Origin: Octopus sinensis
Lineage: Eukaryota
Reading direction: 5' to 3'
NCBI RefSeq assembly: GCF_006345805.1
Contig: NC_042998.1
Span: 173,600,001-173,664,000, forward strand
DNA: 64,000 bases
Part shown: one piece after another, positions 31,289-43,207 of the stretch
Position numbering within the stretch: position 1 is the stretch's first letter
Layout: every line of letters starts with the position of its first letter
The notes under the pieces: generated by a model
What the model was told of the DNA's origin: nothing
The model's input: only the letters and a program-made list of their open reading frames with translations
The model's database searches: none
Program-made: the position numbers and the translations under genes

Positions 31289-32053
31289 TTATACACGCAT
31301 TCAACACATGACCATATACGTGTGAGTGTGTATGTGTGTAAAAGAGAATGGAACACCGTCGATTCCGAACATAAGAATACAATTCTTCTATTCATCAAAT
31401 TAACTATTCAATGAATGAAGCTCACAGAGACGTGCCCACTCAGTTTTCGGACAGATTCAGTGAGAAGTAGTGTGACAAGGTGTTGCCATAGAATTATGGG
31501 TACAATCTATTCAGCGTCCTTAGGTAAGATTTCCGTTTAAATGATTTCACGCACAAGGAATGCCTCAACGCGAAAATATAGAACAAAAATACATGTGTGA
31601 ATGTTTCAAGCGACTATATCAAACCCGGAACACACTGGTTTCGAAGCGAACTATGACTGATTTGACTACAGTACCACTACACGCACAGTTTTATATATAT
31701 ATATATATGTATATGTATATGTAGAAGGTTGAAAAGTAACACGCAAGTTGACATGTGTAAGAAAAATAAGACGAGGTAGAAAATGCTAAAAATAATTTGA
31801 TCTTGGAAAACATTTTAGTACTGGTTTTAGTTTTTTCGACATTTTCAACTTAGGGTAAAGCAAGAAAACAATAAAATCGAAGAAAAATGAAATGAAATGT
31901 TTTTCAAAATATTTTCATAGTCTTGAAATATGTAGGGCATTTTCCTTTTTCCTGTCTGTCTGTCTCTGTTTCTCTCTCTCTCTCTCTTTCTCCTTCCCTT
32001 TTTTGAAGACTCGGTAGCATTTTCTACCTTGTCTTATTTTCTTAATGTATGTA

Positions 32054-32096
<43 letters not shown>

Positions 32097-32615
32097 CTTT
32101 ATTTCAATATGGAGTAGAACCATCTTTGGCAGTAATTACAGCTTGAATTCAACGATGTATGGACTCGTACAAAGTTTGAATTGTTTCCAAAGGAATTTAC
32201 GTCCATTCTTCAGCTAAAACAGTCTCCAGTTCTTGTAGTGATCATGGTGGAGGATATCGACTACTTACTTGTTTTTCTAAAATGCACCATAAATGTTCAG
32301 TAATATCGAGATCTGTGGATCAACTTCACTAGAATGTTCCTTGTGCCATTAAGTAACAACTTTAGCAGTGTGAATTGGTGCATTATCATCCTGAAATTTG
32401 TGTTTCCCTCCGGGAAAGTTCCGCAAGCATTGAATGAATTTGATCAGGTAAAATGCTTAGATAGCTTTGACTATTAATTATGCCATGAAAGAAAACCATT
32501 GGACCGGCGGATTTCCAAAACATATTAAGTAACACTAATAATAGACAAGCTTTTGACGGTTTTTATAGCTGTTTCAAAATTATGATGCCATGACGTTATT
32601 TTGGCCAACCCCTTT
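32097..32615 (-). mobile_element. Deleted relative of the same Tc1 family
   Basis: Matches 13565-13925 and ends in the TIR attttggccaacccct. Confidence 0.8.
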
Positions 32616-32636
32616 TATATACTGCGTATATGTATA

Positions 32637-32686
<50 letters not shown>

Positions 32687-32693
32687 CATACAT

Positions 32694-32737
<44 letters not shown>

Positions 32738-32744
32738 TATATAT

Positions 32745-32795
<51 letters not shown>

Positions 32796-32950
32796 TAGAT
32801 AGATAGATAGATAGATATGTGCAATGTGATACCATAATGGAACGTAACTAAGGGTGTCAAAACACCTACATTGCCGGAAATAATAGCTAAAGTCCTCTAA
32901 TGCTGTAAGAAAATCATATAAATGTATACATATATGCTCACATATTGCGG

Positions 32951-33004
32951 TCCTCACTGATGAAGGCTATGGATATAGCCGAAAGTAGATATTTAGTCTA
33001 AGGA
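32951..33004 (+). ncRNA. Type I hammerhead ribozyme motif (slightly mutated)
   Basis: UCCUCA-CUGAUGA-a-GGCUAU(ggau)AUAGCC-GAAA-gUAGauauUUAG-UC^-UAAGGA; one mismatch each in stems I and III. Confidence 0.72.
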
Positions 33005-33311
33005 ATTCTTGAGACAGTGTTTGGGCAATTTCAGATAAAGTAAAGATAAAGAAAAGTAAAAAAAAAGTGGAAAGTGGAGAAACATATAGGTGCATAAATA
33101 AAGCCAGTAATGTATAGGGTCAGGGCTTAGGGTTCACTAAAGATCAAAGAGAGGAGGGCGTAGATGCCACAGATTTTAGAGGTATTTTGTAGATTAGAAG
33201 TGTACGAAGAACATCGAATGATTAGTTCTAACTATTGCGAAATTGTAGAGTTTTGTGCTATTGATTTATCTGGTAAAGGAGAAAGATGTAGGATGTTGTT
33301 ATAGATACGAA

Positions 33312-33710
33312 TTATCATCATTGTTCGACCGTCGTCGAGACAATGGAACTTACTATGTTACGCCAGACTTCGCAGTCCATCATAGCATTACGGAGGTTCT
33401 GTTGCTGGATGACAGTATCCCTGGAGATTACATCAGGGTAGGAGAGTGTGCGCCCTCTGGTATCGCGAGCAGATGGCTTCCAGAGGAGAAGAGTAGAAAT
33501 TACCTCGTTTTCAGCTCTGCAACAATGTCCAGCAAACTGGACTCTTCCACCTTTCACAAGAGATGATACAGGTGGCAGTTTCCCATATATTTGTATTTTG
33601 GTTGGATGACGCTTCAACGAGAGATTTTGAGCTCTCATAAGGAGGCGAGTGTAAGTTCCATCCAACCGCATCTGAAGCTTCTTTGATAACGTCCAGGTTT
33701 CTGAGCCATG
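33312..33710 (-). mobile_element. 5'-truncated RTE-type LINE 3' end
   Basis: RLDGTYTRLLMRAQN...RVQFAGHCCR...LLWKP...RGR...AMMD..VWR then stop and short tgatga tail. Confidence 0.8.
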
Positions 33711-34480
33711 TTATATGGGATAGTGGAGGCCAGTTAAAATAAGAGTACATGTGTGCCTGGAAAGAAATTATTACCTTAACAAATAAAGCGTCGGGAAATA
33801 CCTTATAGTAATAGTAGCGTACTACTTGTCATGAAGAAGTTCAATGAATGAGGGAGTTATATGATAAATTACAGCCAGTACCGAGTTAGAGCATCGGTTA
33901 TTAAAATAAGCCAGTAGTTAGAAGTAGTCTATTGATTAGCAATTTGGAATATTATTTAGGTGGCGTTCATATTTAATTAGATAATATAATCACCATTGTG
34001 TGAATCAGGTATTGCAAATCTGACCAATAGTTACGGGTAAGAGGTTCAGATTGTGTGATCCTTCTATTATTGAACTTGCGCAGCACAGATAAATGTATTT
34101 AGGTATAAGGATTACTTACATTGAGAAATTGGAAGTATCGCGATCGCTTATACATAATAATGGGTAAACTACAGATGGAATGACTAGTTCCTTCAATATC
34201 GCATACTATGTAAGTAATGTTATTGGGGTTATATACTAAGAGTGTTTAGGAAGTAATGGTAGAGAAGAATGAGAATAGGACTCAGACGATTAAGTAGATC
34301 AATCGACTTTTGGGTCATCATAAGAGGGAGTAAATTTGATTGGCCCTAGCTTAGGAGCTATAATGGAGGATGTTTAATGTTCTTAAAATATTTTAAAGTA
34401 GCCTTAAAATACTTAAAGGTAGTCTTATGTATACAAGAAAGACGAAGGACTAGTTTGTTATTAATTAGATTTTCCCTATT

Positions 34481-34725
34481 TCATCTCTTTAAAATTGCAA
34501 ACAGCTCCATGCAGCAACGTCTGACCCTATATCTGGTGTTTGAATACGGTTTAGCGACCATAAAGTTGTCCCATTTCAAATCGAATTTAAGATTGTTATC
34601 CTTAAGTTCCCAAATCTTCGTGGCTAGAGAAGTCCTGCCTATCCTATGTCTTGATTTAAAGGATAAATAGTCGTTGCGTAAGCGTTGCTTCAGACTTACC
34701 GAGCAGCCAATATAAGTCATTCCTG
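34481..34725 (-). mobile_element. Penelope-like GIY-YIG endonuclease fragment
   Basis: TYIGCSVSLKQRLRN..SFK...TSLATKIWELKD...KW...AKPY...CCME..IL. Confidence 0.75.
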
Positions 34726-36308
34726 GTGCATGTCTTTTCAAGCACCCGATTCTATCTGAATCAGTATTGTACACGTTTATGTGTGTGTGTGTGAGAGAGA
34801 GAGAGTACTCGACAGTGATCAAGTTGATCAAGAAAAAATATATTTCTATAAAAGAGAAGGAAAATCAATACGTAGGTTTGAGGACTGGGGATACTGATCA
34901 CTGTGTGTAAGCGCACAAATGAGACTCTCTACCTTTCTAATAGCCTTACTGTGCTTGTGCAGATGTGGATTTTCAAACACAAACACACAGACACACTCAT
35001 ACACACACACAACAACAAACGCGTACGCGCGCATATTCGCACGAACATAGACATGCAGGCATGGAGTAATGCAATGGAGTAGGATAGTCGATAGAACGTT
35101 GGATAGAATGCCGTGCTCACCATGATCAAATTATCTATTTTGCTTCGGTGTTGATTATGATGCAAAATGCATTCAGTCGAAGATGGTTCTCAAAATATCA
35201 GACTGTACGCCTTGCTGTATTCGTACTGGCTCTCTGCCTTCTGAGCTCAAATCTCACCGCACCGTACCTAGTTGATAAAGTTTGGTCAATCACCGGGTTT
35301 TAATAGTTCTATCTGGTATCTTCGTTACATTTCAGCGGATTGTCCTCTCTGTGGCAAGAATTTCTTGTTTGACGCTACATATTTAGTGCGCTCACTTCAA
35401 TAAGGAATCATATATGGGTACAGGAGGTCACCAACTGCGCAAACAACATGAAATAGGACAAGTAAACACATAGGACAAGTAAACACAGAGGAAGGACCCT
35501 TCATCAGTTGTCGGCTGTCTATCTACTCCCCATTTCGAGCATTCAACGACAATATGAGTCTTCAAAGACATTTGCTCCGATAAATACTAAAATAAAATTT
35601 AGGATTTATGGAGGGTCAAAGTTGGGAACAAAAACAGGGCAGTGGAGACATACAAGGAAGCCCACGTCCTGTACACATATATGTATATATGTATATATAA
35701 GCATATGTGTGTGTGTGTGTTCATGTGTGTGTATGTGTGTGTGTGCATGCGTGCGTGTGCGTGTGTGTGTATGTGTGTGTGTGTGTTGGCTTGTTTACAT
35801 CATCGTGAATTAGTGCTTTGGCAATCTATAAACTGATAGTATCCTTATGAGAGATGAACAAAAATTACTGATATCGACTTGGTCGATTGAAACCGTTTCG
35901 GGGTTTGGTCCTGCACGGTTTGGCCCAAAGGCTGAAACAAGAGAAAGAACACGCACATCCACACACACATATGGTTTTATTCTTTATACATAATTGAAAG
36001 AAGTTACAGTGTACACGAATCGTGATTTGAACGCTTTCGAGGAAAACAACTATTGAAAAGCGTGTATGGATCGACCATAGTACAAGACTTACTTTCAACC
36101 TTCAGCATTCAACGCGATTTTGTCTGCGCATAAATTTTATTATAGGGAATGGAATTACGCGAAAAACAGCCTTAGTGGAATAAAGTGTATGCTTCGTTTC
36201 AATGAGAAATCGCACCCCTGAGATTTAAACGTACACCCTTAACTCTTACTTCCACCGAGGTATTTACTATATTCTCCTCAAATAACAAGTTCAAAATTTC
36301 ATATGTGA

Positions 36309-36704
36309 CTAGCAGTATCGCCCGGCGTTGCTCGGGTTTGTAAGGGAAATAACTATATAAGCATTTTTAGCGATGTAAAGTATAATAGTAATCTCAATAT
36401 GGCTAACCACAAAGGGGGGGTGTTACTGTAGCTTTTGACGTTCTGGGATTTAATAATACATTTTTAGAGAGTTACTTCCCTTATATAATAGCGAAAAAAT
36501 GCATTAAAAATGGGAAAACATGATGGCAATTTTTTTTTTAAATCGTAGACTCATCGTAGACGCGCGCTAATACCCAGAAGGGCTCGATATGAATCACGAC
36601 TATAAGATATCCGCTTTTGGTTACACTGCACCGCAAAATGTGGGAGTAGTTAGGAATCTAAATCGTAGGAGACAGACACACAACTTCACTTTTATATATA
36701 AAGA
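36309..36704 (-). mobile_element. Non-autonomous Helitron (~396 bp)
   Basis: Minus strand: A|TCTTTATATATAAAAG... 5' end, subterminal hairpin CCCGAGCAACGCCGGG, terminal CTAG|T. The same 3' hairpin occurs at about 9823-9850 and 10938-10965. Confidence 0.85.
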
Positions 36705-38083
36705 TTAGTTTCACAACTTAGTGACAGCGTGTGTATTCCTCAAGATATGCTGTAAGCTCGTCGTGAACCTACATCTTCCTTTACTGTTACAGCATCAACT
36801 ACTTCATATCTATGCGTACAAGACCATAAGCTTTTTAAATCAGGTTGTTGTTAATACGAGCGTTCACAATTTTCCCTTTAAACTTCCTCAACTCACAACG
36901 TAAAAGAAGCTAATAAATTACCCTATGGTATTTTGTTTATAGTAAACAACAATCCCCATCCTTTTATATACGGATACGATGTATCATAAAAATATCTGAC
37001 ATTCCTAGTATAGCAACATATATTACTGTAATAGATTATAACAATGCATTTTCAGTTATATTATCTGTTATTTGTCTGAGTCTAAGTGATTTCTTACTAT
37101 GACACAAGCATTTAATACATGTCATATTCTGCTAAAGTCATCTCTGTCTCGTAGCGACGACGTATTATAAGATAGTCGTGAAAGCAGAAAAGTTGTGCTA
37201 CTCAAAGTTAATTTGATATCGCTATATACCGAGTACAACCACATCTGATTTAGACCGGCTTTTCAACTTGATGGAATAATATCAGTAATATGTTAGAGTC
37301 GGTTCAATTGATGATATCGGTTAATGACTCCTACATACATGAAATAGTTCCATCTATACAGATAAAATGCTTTCTGGCTCGAGTCATTTGCGAAACATTC
37401 AGCCGGAGAAAGTTTGTTATTGCTGAATACGTAAGATGTTAGTGAAAGTTAAATATTAAACCTTACAGTCAAATCAAATGAAATTGTTCTCGAGAGAAAA
37501 TAACAATAGAACTCAGGTTAATGCTCTACTCTGCGATAGCAAATTTATATTGTGTATGGATATTAGTGTTGCCGTTATTAGTGTTTTTGTTGTATCCGTG
37601 GCGGTGGTAGCGTTTGTATTGATAAGAAACAATAAGAACAGATGGTTTGAAATCATATAAATATATGTGAATTAAAACGGAATAACCAAATGTTATATGT
37701 GATACTCAGCTAATGTAAGCATTATTAAAGCTTAAAGTAAATGTGTATGTGCTAGTTAAACTTACATGTGTGTGAGAAAGAGAAAGAGGGAGAGAGAGAG
37801 AAGGAGAGAGAAAGAAAGAGAGAGTGTGTGTGTGAGAGAGAGAGAAGGAGAGAGAAGGAAAGAGAGAGTGTGTGTGTGAGAGAGACAATATGTGTGTGTG
37901 TCGTGTGTACGTATTTGTGCGAGTTTGTTCATGTTATCTTGATTGTAAGAAGCCATCAACATACAAAATAGAATATTCGCTAATTGTATTTGTAAACATG
38001 ATCGGAAGAAGATTAATTCTGTATAAGATTTCCAATACACATAAACCTGCGCGCGAGCACACACACACTCGCGAGCAAGTGCC

Positions 38084-38114
<31 letters not shown>

Positions 38115-38943
38115 CGCGCGCGCACGCATACTTATGTGTGTATTATTAAGCGGTGCACATCTTCAGCACGTATTCAGCTCGTCCAACGAAATGCTTAGCA
38201 GCATTTTTTTACGCCTCTTTAGTCTCAGACTACGAATCCCAGCCAAGTTCACTTTGCGCTTTATCACTTCGGAATCAATAAAATAATGAACAAATCAAGT
38301 ATCGGTCTTTCAGTTTGTCTAAGCCCTACTCGGAAGGTTGGGTCTCCAACCAAGAATTTCGCAACGCCCTTAAACCCAAGAACTCTTCGGCACCCTGCCC
38401 CCACCCGACATATAGTACATTTTATTCACACTAGGTGCTGAAACCTCAAATCTTTTACCATGTGTTTCCACTTTATTATTATCCACTGTTATTTATGTAT
38501 TTGTCATTTGTAGACATATCCACTGATGTGATTTGTCATTCGTAGACATTGATGTAAATTTGTGTAGAAACATATACTGCAAAGAGATATCGTTATTAGG
38601 AGAGAAAAAATCGAGAGTTAAAACTACGACCATAGAAAAAATATGAAATGGAAGAGGTGACGGATTACAATGTAGAAGGAATTGTACGGAAAGAAGGGGC
38701 AAAACGCAAGTGTAAGCAATTTGGGGGGAATACTGAAGCATGTCGGGGAGAGCGATTGAACTTACAGGTTATAGTGTAGGTGCAGTGAAAGCCTGATAAA
38801 AGCAAGGACCAAGTCAGCTGAAAGGAGAGACAGAAGTGGGACAAAAGAAGATGAGCATAACAACTGATAAGAGGGCTTATACAGTTTAAAGACATGCACA
38901 TGGAAAATAAGAGGGAAGACAAGGAATGAGTGTACGGAAAATA

Positions 38944-39433
38944 CCGTAAATTCTAGAGTATAGTCCGCCCTTAAGTATAGGGGGTTGTACATATGAAAAG
39001 CATAAACCTTGTGTACAACACGCACCCGTTCTCTACTTGAGTCGAGGAGGTCCTTGGTTTGTAAAAATGTATACGGTACCGTCCTTTATTATTATTGTAT
39101 ATATAACATAATGCGAACGTGTAGCTTTTTTGTGCATTTTGTTTGCAAAAAATAAAGAAATATCAGTAATAACAGTAATAACGTTTAATAAATGTTGCTT
39201 ACTGCAAGTTATGGATGATTCTTTTATGACTTCATTGCTTTCAGGCTTAGCTTAAGGTGTTTTCGCACCCGAAATCACAAAATGCGTCTGAATAAACATT
39301 GCCGTACAGCAAATAGAGACCCGGACATTGCTTAGAAAATAATTTTTATTTTAACCTCGTATATAGTACGCACTAGGGATTTTGACCTTTAAATGTTTGG
39401 GAAGAAATGCGGATTATACTCAAGGATTTACGG
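38944..39433. mobile_element. MITE with CCGTA-type TIRs (pogo/Tc1-mariner-like), TA TSD
   Basis: ta|ccgtaaattctagagtatagtccgc ... gcggattatactcaaggatttacgg|ta. Confidence 0.75.
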
Positions 39434-40132
39434 TAGGTAATATGATCTAATGAGAGGTAAAGATTATAAGAGAAAAAGCCCTTTTTGGGGGGACTCAGTG
39501 GTCCAAAATGATATTTGTAAATTGATTCCATCATCTCCGTCTTTCGAGAAAAAATTTACATTTGAGGTGTTGATAGAATGGAGTTTAAAGATGGAACCTT
39601 TAAAATCCGTTCTGTCAACCCTTAAAATTATAAAATTATTTTGGACCATCAAGCCCCCAGAAACAGCTACTGGATTCGTAAAACACTTATTCAACCCCTT
39701 TAATATCATTTCTATTCTGTATAAGTCGGACCTTTTTATATGTAAACATACGTACATATTTTTATTAAATGTATTTAATATTTTTTGTGTATCGACTTGC
39801 CTAACTCGCTTATCCTTGCATTTACTCCTCTACCTGCTCAAGTTTAAATCTCTTGAGCACTACGAAGTGTATTCTATACAAAGAATACTTGTCTCTAATC
39901 AATAAGCTATATGTATGTATGTACGTATGTATGTATGTGTATATATGAATGTATGTATGTATGTATGTATGTATGTATGTATATTTATGTATACAAGATT
40001 GTATCGGTCAGTGAGAATGAGTGCTCTACATCCTATTTGGTATATATATATATATCTCCTACTCGCTTGAAATTTGTGCAAATTGTCCCCACATTATACA
40101 ATTGACAATATTGTAACTCTATAAATAAAGTA

Positions 40133-40295
40133 CAGGCGTGGTTGTGTGCTAAGAAGCTTCCTACCCAACCACAACGTTCCGAGTTCAGTCCCACTGCTTG
40201 ACGCCTTGGGTAAGTGCTTGCCACTATAGCATCGCGCCGACCAAATCTTTTTGAGTGGATTTCGTAGACGGAAACTAAAAGAAACCCGTCGTATA

Positions 40296-40347
<52 letters not shown>

Positions 40348-40545
40348 TGTATGTCTTTGCATCTGCCTGTGCGTCCCCGTCACCGCTTGACAACAGGTGT
40401 TGGTGAGTTTACGTCCCTGTAGCTTAGCGGTTTGACAAAGGAGAACGAAAGGATAAGTATTAGACTTTAAAAATAAGTCCTGGGGTCGAGTTGTACGACT
40501 AAAAATCCTTCAAGGTTGCAGTCAAGAGACTGGAACAAGTAAAAG
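40133..40545 (+). mobile_element. SINE family C copy
   Basis: ggcgtggttgtgtgctaagaagc...gagttcagtccc head, internal (GT)(GA) tract, same tail. Confidence 0.8.
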
Positions 40546-41007
40546 CATATATACGAACCTGTGTGCCTGTGTATATATGTAAATATGTATGTCTGTATAT
40601 ATGTATGCATGTATGTATGTATGTATGTATATATAGAGGTGAGTCGTCTTGCGTCTCCATGAGTTTCGAGTGTTTCAACACCCGGCGCTTTGTTTTAACA
40701 CCACGCCATAAGAAGCTTACCGGCAAATATGAAAATGCTACCAGTATAAGGTTTGTTATGAGAATTTTTAGAAGAAATATGCTATAGAAACTCAACAAAA
40801 AATAAAAGCTGGCGAAGAGAAGGTGTTACATGTTTTAAAAAAATAATAATCTATGCATACAATCGTTTCAAACAGTAATATTAACAAGTAAAAAAAATTT
40901 AGAAATTATTTTAATTTCTAAATTTTTATCATGTTATTTATTTTCTAAATATATTGAGTTTCTACAGGATATTTGTTCTAGAAATAGTCGTCACAAACCT
41001 TATATAC

Positions 41008-41073
<66 letters not shown>

Positions 41074-41734
41074 TTCTTGTCATTCAGCTGTGACATATAA
41101 TTAAGCTGTCACTCTATATCTTATGATACGTGACAGAGAAAATGGTGAATTTTTTCTCGAAGTCCATCTTAGTATTCTTCAACGTTCTCGTTTGAAATTC
41201 ACCCATTTTCTCGGTAAATATAGACAGAATTTATGGATTTCCTAATTGGCAACCTATTTTCTTCTCTTCATAATCTGAGTAATATGGTTGGTATACTCTC
41301 AGATGTTAGTTTCTTGATTGTATATTTTCTAACCAAATCGTCGGCAGGCAATGTCAACAAAAATTTTACCCTTATAATCCGCAGATGAGCTTTGAAAATT
41401 CTTATCTCGTTTAGAAAGATGTGTTAGATAGACTAATATTTGACGTAGCAATGTATAAGCGTGACATTCCAAAGAAAGATACAACTAAACATTTTCATAC
41501 AAAGATGATTTCATGGAGATTATGGATACACAAAAATGTGTTCTTCAAATATCACACATAAACATGATGAGAATTCAGTTGATAGATCAACTGAATTGCC
41601 TACTACTGATTTAGCATGTGAATGACTGACAATTACCCAAACATGGGTACCCTTAACATGATTCTCAAGCAAAGTCAGAGTGCTTAGTTTACGGACATAG
41701 CTGTACTTCTTGAATTAAAGGTGAAACACTACGA

Positions 41735-42042
41735 CGGTTACGACGACGAGGGTCCCAACTGATACGATCAGCGAAACAGTTTGCTCGTGAAATTAACATG
41801 CAAGTAGCTGAGCACTCCACAGACACGTGTACCCCTAACGTAGTTTTCTAGGAGAGTCAGCGTGAGACAGAGTGTGACAAGGCCGGCCCTTTAAAATACA
41901 GGTACAACTCATTTTTGCCACTTGAGTTGACCGGAGCAACGTGAAATAAAGTGTCTTCCTCAAGTACACAACGCGTCGCCGGGAATTGAACTCACGACCA
42001 TACAATTGTAAGCTGAATGCCCTAACCACTAAGCAACGCACC
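41735..42042 (-). mobile_element. CORE-type SINE family D
   Basis: tRNA-like head + CORE-like segment + tail ending ctcgtcgtcgtaaccg; homologous to the copies at 61053-61857. Confidence 0.8.
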
Positions 42043-42332
42043 AGAATTAAAGGTACAATCCAACTGACAAGCTTTTGTACACTTTCCTCCTACTCAATTT
42101 CCCTCAGAAGTTAGATGTCAATCCGAGGCTACAGTAAAAGACGTTTGAGTAAATCACATACAGCGGAATCGAAAGCAAGACCTCGAATTGAACTTCCTAT
42201 ACATTTAGTTGTACGGCGACCATAAGGTTTTAGATATCAATCATAATAAAATTGGTTCCCAATAACAGCAGATGATTCATAGATTATCCAATGTTGGAGA
42301 TGTTTAAGTTAACTTTAACCTCACGAAATTAT

Positions 42333-42532
42333 AATCCTTTCTACTGAAGGCACAAGGCCTGAAATTCTGGGGCGGGGAATAGTCGATTACATCGACAACA
42401 AGTCTTTGACTGGTACTTAAATTATCGACCCCGAAAGGATGAAAGGCAAAGTCGATCTCGGCGGAATTTGAACTCAGAACATGCAGACGGACTAAATTCC
42501 GCTAAGCATTTTACTCGTCGTGCTAACGATTT
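42333..42532 (-). mobile_element. SINE family A copy
   Basis: tcgaccccgaaaggatgaaaggcaaagtcga...gaatttgaactcagaac. Confidence 0.8.
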
Positions 42533-43160
42533 CACGAAATTATAATTAACAGAAACCAACAAGGAATCAGCAATACTAAAGTTACTGGTTACAGATACAG
42601 TTCATGCGAGAGGAAAATATCACCCATTTTAAAACTTCTATCGTGTGTATTAACCATTACACATCATGGGCAGTGTTCAAGCGCTCAGGGAACCGAATTC
42701 TCTTTCAGATAGATATCATGCTAATTTTTATCACCCTAACAATTTTGCAAATTGCGTAAAATCTTTGGAGTTACAATTTATCCTACTGTTAATCCCAATA
42801 AAATGATACATGTAAAATAATATATTTAAAAAAAAATAGAAATATCATTATTTCTAATTCTCTCTAAAGGAGACTACGGCAGCGGTACTGGAGATTAATA
42901 GTTATTGCCAAGCTAACATGGCAGTCCAGATAAATAGGACGAATGCTGCCGTTGATTAGCTCCAAGAGGCCATCGCCTCTAGCTAGCTAGGTGACACACA
43001 AACCTGTGTCCATTATAACCTTCGTAAAGAAGAGGTCAGGAGCTTCCCGTTGCTGCTCTGGCATCCACAGACTAGTTTCGAGGTGTTTGCCTCTTATCAA
43101 TGTGGAGTAGCCGGATCCAGGAGGCGTCGCTGCTGACCGACTGTTCGAAGGATTATATAT

Positions 43161-43207
<47 letters not shown>

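Noticed and set aside
35865-35900. ctgat-atcgac(ttg)gtcgat-tgaaaccg hammerhead-like hairpin
   Set aside because: Core incomplete and no stem I
39450-39905. 151-aa ATG-initiated ORF
   Set aside because: No domain similarity recognised; AT-rich; an overlapping antisense ORF is equally uninformative
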